Both the position numbers and the translations under genes were made by a program. The notes beneath the pieces were generated by a model. It saw only the letters and a program-made list of their open reading frames with translations. It was not told the origin of the DNA and searched no databases. 64,000 nucleotides of DNA from Microbotryum violaceum. Its lineage: Eukaryota. This document shows, in pieces, positions 40,878-52,090 of the stretch (positions within the stretch are counted from its first letter, which is position 1; each line of letters starts with the position of its first letter). The DNA is taken from NCBI GenBank assembly GCA_001244265.2, contig CDLV01000012.1, forward strand, positions 434,001 to 498,000, written 5' to 3'.

Positions 40878-41364
40878 CGAGTCAGGGGTTGTATTTCGTA
40901 GTGGTACAATTAGATGTACTGTATGCATTGTGACATCACCGTGGTTGTTCACCTCTGAAACTTGAGTTCAAGAGAGGGAGGAAAGTCTTCTCCGACGCTT
41001 AGCGCAATCATGACGAGAGCGGGAGCCATCTCCGTCGCCGTTTCGTGCCCAACAGCTTCACAGTCTACAACCTATCTCATCATCTCCCTTGATCCATCAC
41101 GCTGCTACGCTCTCTCTCTCTAAACGCGACCGCGATTGTGTTTTTTCTTTTGGTTTCTCTCATTCGCCCCCAAAAAAGTTGGTGATTACCAGAAACGACT
41201 TGGGGGGACTACAAGATCAAAAAGTGGGGTGTGTGCGTGCCTGGAGGTTTTGCGTTAATGATGAAGTAGCCCCCTTTTCTCCTGTCCTCCTGCAGCTCTC
41301 TGCAAACTGCTCTCTCCTCTTCCCTAACCCAGTTCGAACCAGATCGCATCGCAGAGGCTAGAAT

Positions 41365-42435
41365 TTAAGCCTCATCACGACGCGGTCGACCGGCGCCGAC
41401 GACGTGACGACGTTGAGGGCGACCTTCGAACGCGGAAGAGGGAGCGACAACATTGACGGGGATCGAGTCGAAGCCGAGCGAAGCCAACAGGTCCTTGGTG
41501 TCCGGGTCGACGTCGATCGCGGCACCTTGGTTGTCCAAAGCCGAGACCTCGGGGACGTAGTTGTCCTTACGCTCTCGTTCCTCCTCTTGCAACTTGAACG
41601 AGATACCTCGGACCGGACCACGTTGGATGCGCTTCATCAGGTGGGTCGTGAAGCCGGCGATCTTGTTCCTCAATCGCTTAGAGGGGATGATGGCGACCTC
41701 GTCGCAGATCTTCTTGTTGGTGTGGCTGTAGAGGGAGAGGTATTTAGGACAGAATTCGATAGCTGGCTATGGCCCCAGAGTAGAGGAGGACTCACAAGTC
41801 AAGGGTCAATCGAGGGTAGTACTTCTCGATGACGACTCGCGAGGCTCGCTTGACGGTCTTGGTGCGAACGCGTCCCCTGTGAGAGCATGTACGAGGAAGC
41901 AAGCCAGGCAAGGTGATCAGTCACTACTGAATCACGTCAATCCGAGCGGGTGTCGTCGTAGGCTGAATGTGATGGGACGGGTGGTGATGTGGTAGGTATG
42001 ACGGCATGGGTCGGGTCGAGTCGTCGGAGCCGAATTGCGTCGCGGGTGTCGGCCACGCCCGTCACCGCCAATCCCACCTCCACCTCGCATGGTGCTACAA
42101 CCCTCAAATCCCTCTTCCTTCCCACGACTCCATCCTCCCCGATTCATCCTATTCATCAACGCGCTACTCTGCGCTTCCTGCTCATCGTAAGAGCGGTCGT
42201 GGGGTCGCAGCGTCGACGGTGCCAACAAGGCGTGGGCAAAAATCGGTGCGAGGCGCCTAGGCGGGAACGGGCGGAGGGGAATTTGGGGGGAGTGCGATGC
42301 CGGTTGCTGAGGGCGACGGGTGACGGGCGACGGGTCGAACGGGCCCTATCGTCTGTTGGCGTTGGTGTTGGTGGATGGGGGTGCTATCGTCCAAAACCAT
42401 CGATCGAGGATGAACTGCACAGGGCATACTTACAT
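41365..42435 (-). CDS. RPS17: 40S ribosomal protein S17 (eS17)
   Basis: [21 protein letters not shown] and [39 protein letters not shown] split by a 557-nt intron (41877-42433). Confidence 0.97.
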
Positions 42436-42638
42436 GATGAACTGATAGTCGTGAGTGGTGGAGAGGGAGGTCAGGCGAGGCGAGGCGAGGCGAAGCGGAC
42501 GAGGCGTTGGCAGTCGACTTTCGTGAGCTTTCGTGAGCCCTTCCAACCTCTGGGCCTGAGCTGGCCACTGCGGTCAATTTGAGGCGCGTGGCCGAAACTG
42601 GTCAGAAAAAAATCTTAGGCTTGGGAGGGGGCGACGCG

Positions 42639-42639
<1 letters not shown>

Positions 42640-42676
<37 letters not shown>

Positions 42677-42707
42677 TGAGCGCCTGGGCCTGTGAGCGCC
42701 TGGGCCT
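42640..42707. repeat. (GAGCCT)x6 plus (GTGAGCGCCTGGGCCT)x2 in the divergent RPS17/RPS22 promoter
   Basis: Read directly from the sequence. Confidence 0.9.
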
Positions 42708-43112
42708 GGTGACGGCGTCGCTCGTCGTAGCTCGTCGTCGTGTGTAGTCGAGAGCGAGGCGTGCGACTCCTTGTTCCGTTCTCCACCACACACATACATA
42801 ACCCTTCAACCCCGCCTCGGCAGCTTCCTTCTCGACAGGTTAGTTCTCATCACATCATACACGCCTTCGAACATGGACTACACCATACACGGCACACCTA
42901 CACGTTGCCCAGCATCCTCGTCGCGCGTGGCCCTTTTTCCTGCGAATCCATCCCACGCCTACGCCTGGCTGGCCCTGGCGGTGAATGACGCTGACTCTCT
43001 CCTCCGTTGGTGTGTACAGGGCCTCCTTCTCCGCCTTAACTTTTATCATCCACCAAGCTCCTCCCCCCGATCACTAATCGGTACGCGAGAGTGATGCTAC
43101 AGCAACCTCCCC

Positions 43113-43316
43113 CTCCCTCGACCAACCTCAAGCTCTAAGGCTTTCGTCTCTACCCGCGCTCTCTCGAATCCGATGCGTTCGCGCGCCTGCGCCCGGCCGG
43201 AGCTCAGCCTGGCTCAGCTCCAAAAGGTCGGCTCGCTTGACCACGTCGCATCGCTTTCGAAGGAGTGAGCAGGAGAGACGTTCCCGAAAAGTTAGATGGG
43301 TTGGCTACCGAGGGAG
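43113..43316 (+). promoter_or_regulatory. Long nested stem-loop in a putative 5'-UTR intron of RPS22
   Basis: Six correctly nested perfect stems of 5-8 bp (listed under findings). Confidence 0.6.
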
Positions 43317-43434
43317 TATGGGAACATCAAGTACGAAAAGAGGGAAACGTGTTGTATTGACAAGACGGTATCGGCCCCCTTCCTTCTCTTTGCCCACATC
43401 TTTTCATTCATCCCCCTTGGCACCTTTGTAGAAA

Positions 43435-44069
43435 ATGCGTGTCTCCGTTTTGGTCAGTCTCTATGCAGCCTCACACGTTGGGGTGGGCTAAGCGCTGACC
43501 GTTGCTTTGTTTTGTTTCTTCGCAGGCCGACTGCTTGAACAACATCCACAATGCCGAGAAGCGAGGCAAGCGCCAGGTCTTGATCCGACCTTCGTCCAAG
43601 GTCATCGTCCGAGTTTTGACCGTCATGCAGAAGCACGGTTAGTCAAACCCGTCTTCTACTTGCTACTTGATGTCGCTTGATGATTGATGCCGTTTGTTTA
43701 TTGTTATCCAGGCTACATCGACGAGTTCGAGGAAATCGTGCGTTTCTGTGTCCCAGGCCCTAAAGCACACTAGCAACCCGCCGAACCCCATGAGAACTGA
43801 CCCCCCGCTCTCCCTCACTTCGAACTCTTGCATAGGACGACCACCGATCGGGCAAGATCGTCGTCCAATTGAACGGCCGCATCAACAAGTGCGGTGTTAT
43901 CTCCCCCCGCTTCTCCATCAAGAACGCCGACATCGAGCAATGGGTCACCATGCTCCTCCCCGCTCGTTCGTTCGGGCTCTTGATCCTCACCACCGACCAA
44001 GGTATCATGGACCACAACACCGCTCGTCGCAAGCACACCGCCGGAAAGATCTTGGGCTTCGTTTACTGA
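43435..44069 (+). CDS. RPS22: 40S ribosomal protein S22 (uS8/S15a)
   Basis: [58 protein letters not shown] and GKILGFVY. Confidence 0.97.
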
Positions 44070-44650
44070 ACGACGACTCCAAATACCGGTGCTGTCGTTA
44101 AGGGAACGGGGAAGGGAGGCAGGGAAACACGTGCAGTCTCTAAAAAATGGATCGACCCGTCAAGGGGGTCTGTTCCTAAGATGAGGGTTTGAATCCTCTT
44201 CTGCCCTTTTTTTCTTCTTTTCTTTCTTTTTGTTGATGGCTTCGCAACTTTCTGAAAGAGATACACACAACATTACCATCGCACACAAGTCTGATATTCG
44301 GGAGGGGAGGGGAGTTGGAAATGATCGATGGCCTTGGATTCCGCTGTCATACTTTATTGTCAGAGATGGGGAACATGATAGACGTGCACCCACGCGATGG
44401 GAACGTGTAGAGGTGCTCAGGTCATGAGGGAATGCAGAATTGCTCTGCAGAGGCACGAGCGTCGATCGGGTCGAGATTCTAGAGCTGAGATTTCTCTGCC
44501 GGCTCCACTAGGGGGACCCTTGAACTTTTCAGCAAATACAAACCGAGTGTAGCGAGAGCGTACAAGATTGCTTAACGAAAGTTCAACCCTTTTTTTTTTT
44601 TTTTTTTTTTTCTCCGAGGCTTGATCTATCTTATCTTGATCCTGCCCAGC

Positions 44651-44722
44651 TAGGGTCAGGATCGGATCGGATCCTAAAAATTAGGATCAGGATCGGATCG
44701 GATCGGATCCTATGAGAACCCT
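44651..44722. repeat. (GGATC)n quasi-palindromic array, possible MITE or transposon-end remnant
   Basis: AGGGT...GGATCGGATCGGATCCTAA-AA-TTAGGATCAGGATCGGATC...ACCCT. Confidence 0.55.
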
Positions 44723-45109
44723 TGGCACCAGCACACCTGATGCTGGCCTCGTAGCCGGCATACTTGCTGTGGCAATCATTCTTGCGCCCATTTATAGTTG
44801 ATGAGCCCGGAGTCGGATAGTCTCGAACAGCGTTGTCGGATGAGAATGAGGACGGTGAAGGCGAAGCACGGGCGTGCGTGTTCCGTGTGCGTGTGTTCAA
44901 GTTCGCGTGTGCGTGTCGTCAGATCGGCGTGCACATCATCAAGCAGCCGCACGCAAGTCATGATCAGCGAATCTCGCGCGTGTGTGTTCAAATCAAATAA
45001 AACGACAAAAGGCTGCCCATACCCCAGCACCGGGCGCTTGGTCGCTCGTCGAGCGTCTCGTGTCGGCCAAGTCTCCGACTGACCGACGTTTGTGCCGATC
45101 TCTATTGAA

Positions 45110-45216
45110 TCCTTAAAACTATATAATAAAATAGGCCGTCGAGACAAAGAACGTTCTAGAACGGGACAAACCACGTGGCGTGACGTCATGGCGCGCTTCG
45201 CGCGCCACCGCACTAG
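45110..45216 (+). mobile_element. Mini-Helitron, or 3' end of a longer Helitron
   Basis: Perfect 8-bp hairpin TGGCGCGC-TTC-GCGCGCCA (45189-45207), then CCGCA-CTAG|T; candidate 5' end A|TCCTTAAAACTATATAATAAA. Confidence 0.7.
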
Positions 45217-45377
45217 TAGTATATAATAAATGTCTTTGGTTTGGGCTTGGGGGCGAATTCCCTCACGACACGGCCCCGCGAAGAAACCGGCGGGGCAGCG
45301 CAAGCAAGGGGAGGCAAACCGGGGAGGCGGGCGGGAAAGCAAAAATCTAGGGGCGGTACCGGTGCCGGGGGTGCGCT

Positions 45378-45554
45378 TGCGCTAACTCGCGCGCGCCAGA
45401 TTGAGTTGGTGCAATTGAGTTAGCGCAATTGAGTTAGCGCACTTGAGTTGGCGCAGTCGAGCGCCCGAGTTAGCGCACTTGAGTTAGCGCACCGCGCGCG
45501 CTTGAGTTGGCGCACTTGAGTTGGCGCACTGAGTTGGCACACTGAGTTGGCACA
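45378..45554. repeat. Array of ten GAGTTRGYRCA motifs plus one inverted copy
   Basis: Direct copies at 45403-45554, mostly 13-14 bp apart; inverted TGCGCTAACTC at 45378-45388. Confidence 0.9.
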
Positions 45555-45559
45555 ATCAG

Positions 45560-47160
45560 GCGCGCCGCACGCGGCGATCCCCTTGTCTTCATGCTGCAAC
45601 GTGCCATATTTTACAATGCAACTGCTGTCACGCTTCTTTTGGAAACGAAGCGCCGATAACACGGATGCCAAAATGAAGCAGCTGGCAAAGCTATCTGGGG
45701 CAAGGCTGCAACAAGCAAAGGTCACTGACTACGGACTTGCGCCGGGGCTGGAGCTGATGTATGTATCTCGAACTACCCCCTTTCACTAGTTCCTTCCTCA
45801 GACGATACCGCTGTGCAAATTCTAATCGATCTCTTGCATTTCTTTGACCGGATCTATGTGTCCAAAAAACTGGCGCTGCCAAAGCCTTTGCTCGTGCGTT
45901 CTCCGATGCGATTTTCATCCCGAATGCGGATGATTGACTCCTGATGGAGGCTCGCCTAGCAAAACTCGGAACGACGTGGGAAGAAGCCGTCCGTTCGCCG
46001 GTATGGAATAAGAAGCTTTGGAGACGCGTTCGTCGATGGATCCCTCCGCCAGGCATTCTCGAGCCTTTGGTCCGGGAGGTCTTTGAGAAGCTCGGTTGAT
46101 GCGAAGTCGAAGCAACCACTTTTCAACAAAGCGGCGCACAAGGCAGCGAAGAGATGTCTTGAGGCGATTCGGAAAGGCCAAGTCTCGGATCCAGTTGGCA
46201 TCGAGCTGTACACCGACCTTGGCCCTTGCGGAGGGCCAGATGGAAAGGCGGATGACGGTGTCCGTGTATATTCCTGCCAGCGCGGCACCAACAGTCTCGA
46301 AGGAGGCATCCACCGGAACCTTCGCCAACGGTTTCCAAAGTCGGGTGTTTCTCCGTGCCATGCCAATGCGTGCTTGGCTGACTACGTGCTAGTGCACAAT
46401 CTCACGGTCAGTCCAACTCCACCATCGCAATTCGAAGAAGCGGCAACCATTCTCACCCATTATCCCTTGTATTCGCAAGTTGGGACGTCCAATCGTACCG
46501 GAAAACCATTCGTGGGGCACTACGGCCTCTGGCTCACTGTGGAATTAGATCGTCTGAGGCGCAAAACCTCGGCATTTTTCCCACGGCACTCAACCACCGT
46601 GTCAGATATAGTCAGCCCGCTGCTCTACACCCCATCCACCGAAACATTCGGCATCGTACTTGTTGTTCAGTCGCCAACAGCGCAAATGCGCTTTTTGATC
46701 GAGCCCTATCAAGTCGAGCGCGGGACTCTGCGTTTGGAGCCCGTCAAGTGGTCGCCACGGAACTTGCTGCAAAACAATACGCCGGCGATACAGCATATGC
46801 AAAGCCGGCTGCCAACTGATCGCAAGCTTCGCCACGACTGGCCAGCGAAACGTCAGGGTACTCGATTCGCTGTATTGTATGTCCATACACCCAGCGAACG
46901 AGCGCTATACAGATATCTCTCAAGCAAGGTACGACTGGGAGCTCCTCAAAATCTTCGGATATTCGAGATTACCGAGCCTTGGAACAAGTATGCCAACGGA
47001 CTAGACATCTTTTGCAAAGTATGTCGCGTCTGTGTCACACTGAATGGTGATGTTGAGCTGAAGCGCAATCCTCACACAGATGCCAGAGCACATCAATACA
47101 TGGGCACCGAGATGGTCGTCGCTGGCAAATGCTCAAGCCACAATGATGTCTGTTGAGCTT
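45560..47160 (+). pseudogene. Decayed DDE transposase, C-terminal half, with Dada-like (MuDR/IS256-related) motifs
   Basis: DLLHFFDRIYVSKK (DxxH), FARAFSDAIFIP, LWRRVRRWIPPP, QPLFN, GQVSDPVGIELY and YSCQRGTNSLEGGIH; in-frame stops and frameshifts; family assignment is from memory. Confidence 0.7.
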
Positions 47161-47952
47161 TAGGGGTAAGAGTTCCACGCTCAATGTTCAAGCGCGCATC
47201 CGTGCATCCAGTCCCTGACTCAGCGTCAGCTTTCCTAGCCTCCCCGGAGTGCTCAGAGCCTAGCCCTCCCCGCGAGCGGCTCAGGCGTACTTTCCTAGCC
47301 TCTCCGGAGCGCTCAGCATCCCTAGGCCTCTCCGTGAGTCCTCAGAGTTTTTCCACCCCTCAAGCGTATTTGCGTCCGCGCCGCTTACTCCTCGGTTCCG
47401 CACCGTCGACGCTTTCTGTTGCCAGCCCGCTGCTCCAGCACTGCCACCCTCTGCCAAGGGTCAGTTAGCCACCACCTTAGGATCCTCATCCAAGCAATCC
47501 GTTGCTCACGCGAAGCCCCCTCGCACAGGATTTACAGCAGCCGCTGCCTCCAGAAAACCCTCGACGCCCGCAGGCCCTGCCACGCGCTCGAGGTAAGTGT
47601 CCAGATTACGCTCGGCTAGTTGCACGACGTACTCATTGTTCACTTGCATCACAGCAGTCTCCGCACAAGCTTTTGTACGAAACTGCCCTTCCTACCGGAA
47701 CGCCCTAGTTGGACGATCCAAGCTGACGCCTAGCATTCTATAGGCTACCTCCGCTGAGACCGCACTAAGTGCTTCAATTATCATTGACACTCGTGCTACG
47801 CCTCGCAAAGGTACGCTATCACGCTACGCAAAGCCCATGTCATAGTTGCACGTCACTAAATACAATCTTTGCTACGCCTCGCAAAGACCTCTGTTTTGAG
47901 CTTCCCGCCCGCCTTCCCTTGTTCACCTATCCTCTCTTTTTTTTCCACTTTT

Positions 47953-48042
47953 CCGTTTTTCCTTAAAAAAAAAAACCCCCCGTTTTTCCTTAAAAAAACC
48001 CCCCCCCCCCGTTTTTCCTTAAAAAAAAACCCCCCGTTTTTC

Positions 48043-48080
<38 letters not shown>
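47953..48080. repeat. Four units of CCGTTTTTCCTT(A)n(C)n ending in A35
   Basis: Read directly; homopolymer lengths vary between units. Confidence 0.85.
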
Positions 48081-48083
<3 letters not shown>

Positions 48084-48328
48084 ACAACCCAGTTTACCGG
48101 TTTTGCTGCAACTCTGACTCGACTTCGCCTAAAAAATAGCTCACGCGTGCAAGCGGCTTTTAGGAGAGTTGAATTGGGTTCGCTCGCTGAGCTCATAACA
48201 TTTTACAAATAAGGATTTAGAGTACTCCACGACTCAGCTCCGAGATACACGAGTGATGGTCTTTTCGGCTTTTGCTGCAAGGATTTGACGCGCCGATTCA
48301 GGCTCGCGCGCACGGACCCTCTTCCCCC

Positions 48329-48526
48329 GTGAATGCTATAGCTGTGCTTCCCACACACGCGGGCTCACGGGCGGTACTCGCAACGCACGTTCCCTTTTGG
48401 GCCTTCACTGTGTTGTCGAGGTTTCCCACAGTGGATGCTATAGCTGTGCTTCCCACACGCGAGCTCACGGGCGGTACTCGCAACGCATGTTCCCTTTCGG
48501 GCCTTCACTGCGTTGTCGACGTTTCC
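48329..48526. repeat. Tandem duplication of about 100 bp
   Basis: 48329-48426 versus 48431-48526: 6 substitutions and one 2-nt indel. Confidence 0.95.
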
Positions 48527-49499
48527 TTACCAGCTTCTATGGCTGCGTTCACCACCTGTAGGGACAGGTGCGTTCCTCACTCCCAAGAATACCTCCCAGC
48601 TGACGAGGTTGCTGATCGAGAGTTCCATCTTGCCGGACGTTCACAGCTGCTAGCAGCTCGGTATGAAACCCTCGACGTGGCTCGCTTAGAGCAGCTCGGG
48701 GTAAGTGCTTCGATACACCCAAGCTTGTTGCACGGTGTACTTTGCACTTGGATCCCTGCAAATTCTTTGTGGGGGCATTTTGCTCCGAGTCCTTGTTGGG
48801 CAACGAGCTAAATCGCATATCTCTCAGCAGACCCTTTGCCGTCCTTTGCACCAACCGCGCCACAACTGTCTTTATACAGTGTCTTGCCTTGTCGCAAAGG
48901 TATGCTGAGACGATCAATGGACTTGCTTCATCATCAGTTGAAGCCGACTGACATCCAGAAGCTTGGGTCGCAAAGCTCCCAATTGTCATCCCGCCCACCA
49001 TCCCTGTGTATCACCAAGAATTTCGGACTCTCCTCCGTTTAGATCAATTTCTTGCGGTCTTCCCTAGAAGGCCGGGTTTTTCACCGCTTGAGGTATTTGT
49101 TTAACAACTCCTACACCAATGTTGTGCTTCGTCTTGCTGCAACTCGAACCACTATTCCGCTACAACTTGCGCGAGTGGTCAGGAGAGTCGAGATGATGAG
49201 AATAGCGTGGAGAAGAAGACCAGAAAAGAAAAAAGATGTAAAGACAGAGATAGGTGCGCACACAGAATAAAGAATTAACAAGGCTAATAGAAAAGAGTTA
49301 GGCTCTCAGACCCCACTTCTAAAAGCCTTGCAGAAAGTGGCGCCGAGGCGCTGAAGAAAAGCGACGGATGTAGGGGATTCGACAAGCTGGCGGGAGGGGC
49401 GATGCTGGCAGTTGAGGTAGACTGAAGGCGAGACGAAGCGAACCGACGCTGAAGCTGAGACCCGACGAATTGAAGGAGCTCGTGCTTATAGATTACGCA

Positions 49500-51860
49500 T
49501 TGTGATGTGCATTCGAAATTTAATGGCTCAACCTGCTTGATCCGGGTAGCCGCATGGCGGGCCAGAGCCCCTTTACTAAGCCCTATGTCGAATCTGCCAA
49601 GCTCTCGACTTTCGGTCGGATGTCAGCAGCGACTCGAGTGCGTGGTCGTTTCGTTCCCGTGCTTCCAAAGGATTCGAAAACTGGGACTTGTGCATCCTTG
49701 TTCGGTACGTAGCTTCTTTGACTTGTTGATCGAGCCAACATTTGCCAGCCTCTGCGGGGCACTGTCCTGCGTTGAGGTGCTCAGTGAGTCGAAGAAAACG
49801 CCAGCTCTGAGTGTTCTTCCCCGAGCTTGAGGCTGAAGGCGGCGGAGGTGACTGAGGGAAGCAGCGTCGCACGATTTGTTCGGATCCACCGTTCGAGGCG
49901 ACGGAAGTTCCACGTGCCTCATCAGGGAATTCCGAAACGGGCCACGTATCGCAAGCCCACAGGGGCTCAAAAGTCTAAGACGATCGCGGTAGGATGCAAC
50001 ATTCGCGTTAAACGCATGGATCGTCTTTGGTGACTAAAGCAACAAAAATGATCCGGTGGTGCGACGAACACTTTCGGGACTTGCTGGATTTGTTGCCTGC
50101 GGTGGGTGAGAACACCTCGACCGGCGGCAGGGACGCAGGCCGCGGCGCCCCGTAACCCCTGTCTTTCTGGTTTCGCGAGAAGTGATGGCTGCACTTCATC
50201 GTCAAAGGATAGAGATACCTCCACCAAGTGCGTTTTGGCAGGGGGAAGTCGGCAGCGTAGAGCTCAACAGAACGTCGCTGTCGGGGCCAGCCTGTTCGCT
50301 GGCATTCCCATTCCTCGCTCGCGCAAAGGTGCGTCTCGACTCTGATGATCGGGTGTTTTGAGAATATAGATGACGGGCTCGAATACGGGTGGCGAAAACT
50401 GATCAGATCCCCGCTTTGTGCGGTCTTGCGGCAGGAGGGCTGCACCACCGCAAAGCGCTAGCAACCACCCTATCAGGATGCCTCCGTCGTGTGCAACCGT
50501 GTCAAGCCATTTACGCGTCGAGGTGCTTAACGCATTACATATAGTGTGCATTAGTCAGGAATTGTACTGCGGATGTGATTATAACAAGCATCGAGCGGGA
50601 AGGGAGCGCGAGGGCCCAAGGGAGAAAAGAGAACCAAAGAAAAAGGACGAACGAGGAAAGGCGCGCCGTGTGAGAGGGAATGTCCGGATGAGGGGGCTGC
50701 AACAAAAGGAATCGCACGCAGAGGGCGTGCCCCCGCACATCGCCGCTGTCAAGTGCAAGTGTTCAAGGTTGTAAGAGGCGTCCATCGACCATCGCTGGTG
50801 AGTGGAAAGTGGCGAGGTGGAGGTAACACTACCGGCAAGCCTAGTATGTCGCGGTCCTTCGGCAAGGCGTGCGCTCTCCCATCGACTAGAACATCAAAAT
50901 CGGGGGTAGGACGATCATCGAAGTGGATGCCACCGCGTCCTGCCGATCCACCAGCCGACGATATGACAGCAAGGTAAGTCAGGAAGCAGGAGGGAAACGC
51001 CAAGCCCCTGCAGAGACTCACTCTTGACATGGGCCAGGGCGTCTTCGAATAGTCCGAAACATCTGGCAGGCTCAAATCCTTCACGACGGAGATAGGCTAC
51101 GTAGTCGCCCTTGAACGAAGGCAGCCCACTGAGACGATGGGTGAGCTTGTCAGATTGTCGAAGAGGGGGGTCGAGCTCTGGGTGCTTCGCGTTGAACTGC
51201 GATATGTATTTCTCGCGGAGGAAGTGTATGGCTAGTGGAGTCGTTTGCCAAGAGGCGACTCATGTGAGCTTGAAGCACGGGTAACGCTGCATCAAATGCA
51301 GCCTAAAGAACACACACCCGGGACGAACTTACAATAGCCAGAGTGACGTAAGATCGCACGGTACTCAGTGTAGAGACTGTCCTTCCCGTAGGCAGAACTG
51401 CCACGAGTCTCGCCACGCCGCGCGTGCCTCCGAAGTAAACATGTTCCAGCTCGCCCGCTGTCGCAGTCGGATTATGATATGGTTACAGCGGTGTCGGATT
51501 TCCTCGACGTAGTTATCGAGCTCAACCCACGTCTCCTCGGAGACGGCTTGCCAAATGACCTCGGCTTCCTTGTAGAAGCGGGCTGTGGGTTCGATTGCGG
51601 TTTCCTCGAAGAAGCGCGACATATCACCGGGAAGAAAGTGGTCGCGTTTGTCAAGCAAGAGTCGTAGCGGGATGCCCGTGGCACGTCGCGAATCGCAGTG
51701 GGTTGAACTGGCCGGTCGAGCATCGGTGTGCTGGGCGCGGTGGCTGGGGGTGACAACACCACTGAAGGCATCAGCAATCGATTTAGTAGCTATCGAGAGA
51801 TCAACACCCAAGCGGACGAGCAGGCGTTGGATGGACCAGGACAGCTAGAAATTGGGAGGA
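49500..51860 (-). pseudogene. Degraded intron-containing gene of unknown family, possibly transposon-borne
   Basis: Protein-like exons (WVELDNYVEEIRHRC; LMQRYPCFKL*..W..LAIHFLREKY) with splice signals and internal stops. Confidence 0.4.
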
Positions 51861-52090
51861 AAGGTTCGGTAGGGTAGTGCCGGGCACAGGTGGTGAAACA
51901 AGACTAAGACCTGAGGCACTACCCCGTCCGACCTCCCAGGACCTCCCGCAGGTCCTGGCCGGTTGCCAAAGGCGACCAACGGGCACGCCGAGCGAGTCGA
52001 AAGGCGAGTGCGGTGCGAATCACTCCCTTGTGCTAGAACCAACTATTCAGTCTCGCAACATCGCCTGTTGCTCGCTCGAAACTCCATAAT

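Noticed and set aside
41877-42433. Box C/D snoRNA in the RPS17 intron
   Set aside because: A UUGAUGA box C-like motif exists on the minus strand near 42155, but no suitably spaced box D
35852-45216. One giant Helitron capturing MDM35, RPS17 and RPS22
   Set aside because: The intervening genes look intact and native, the 36-kb element has its own candidate 3' end, and the 45-kb end has its own nearby 5' TC
44590-48080. T22 and A35 tracts as the ends of a single element
   Set aside because: No adjoining inverted sequence, clear target duplication or reverse transcriptase remnant
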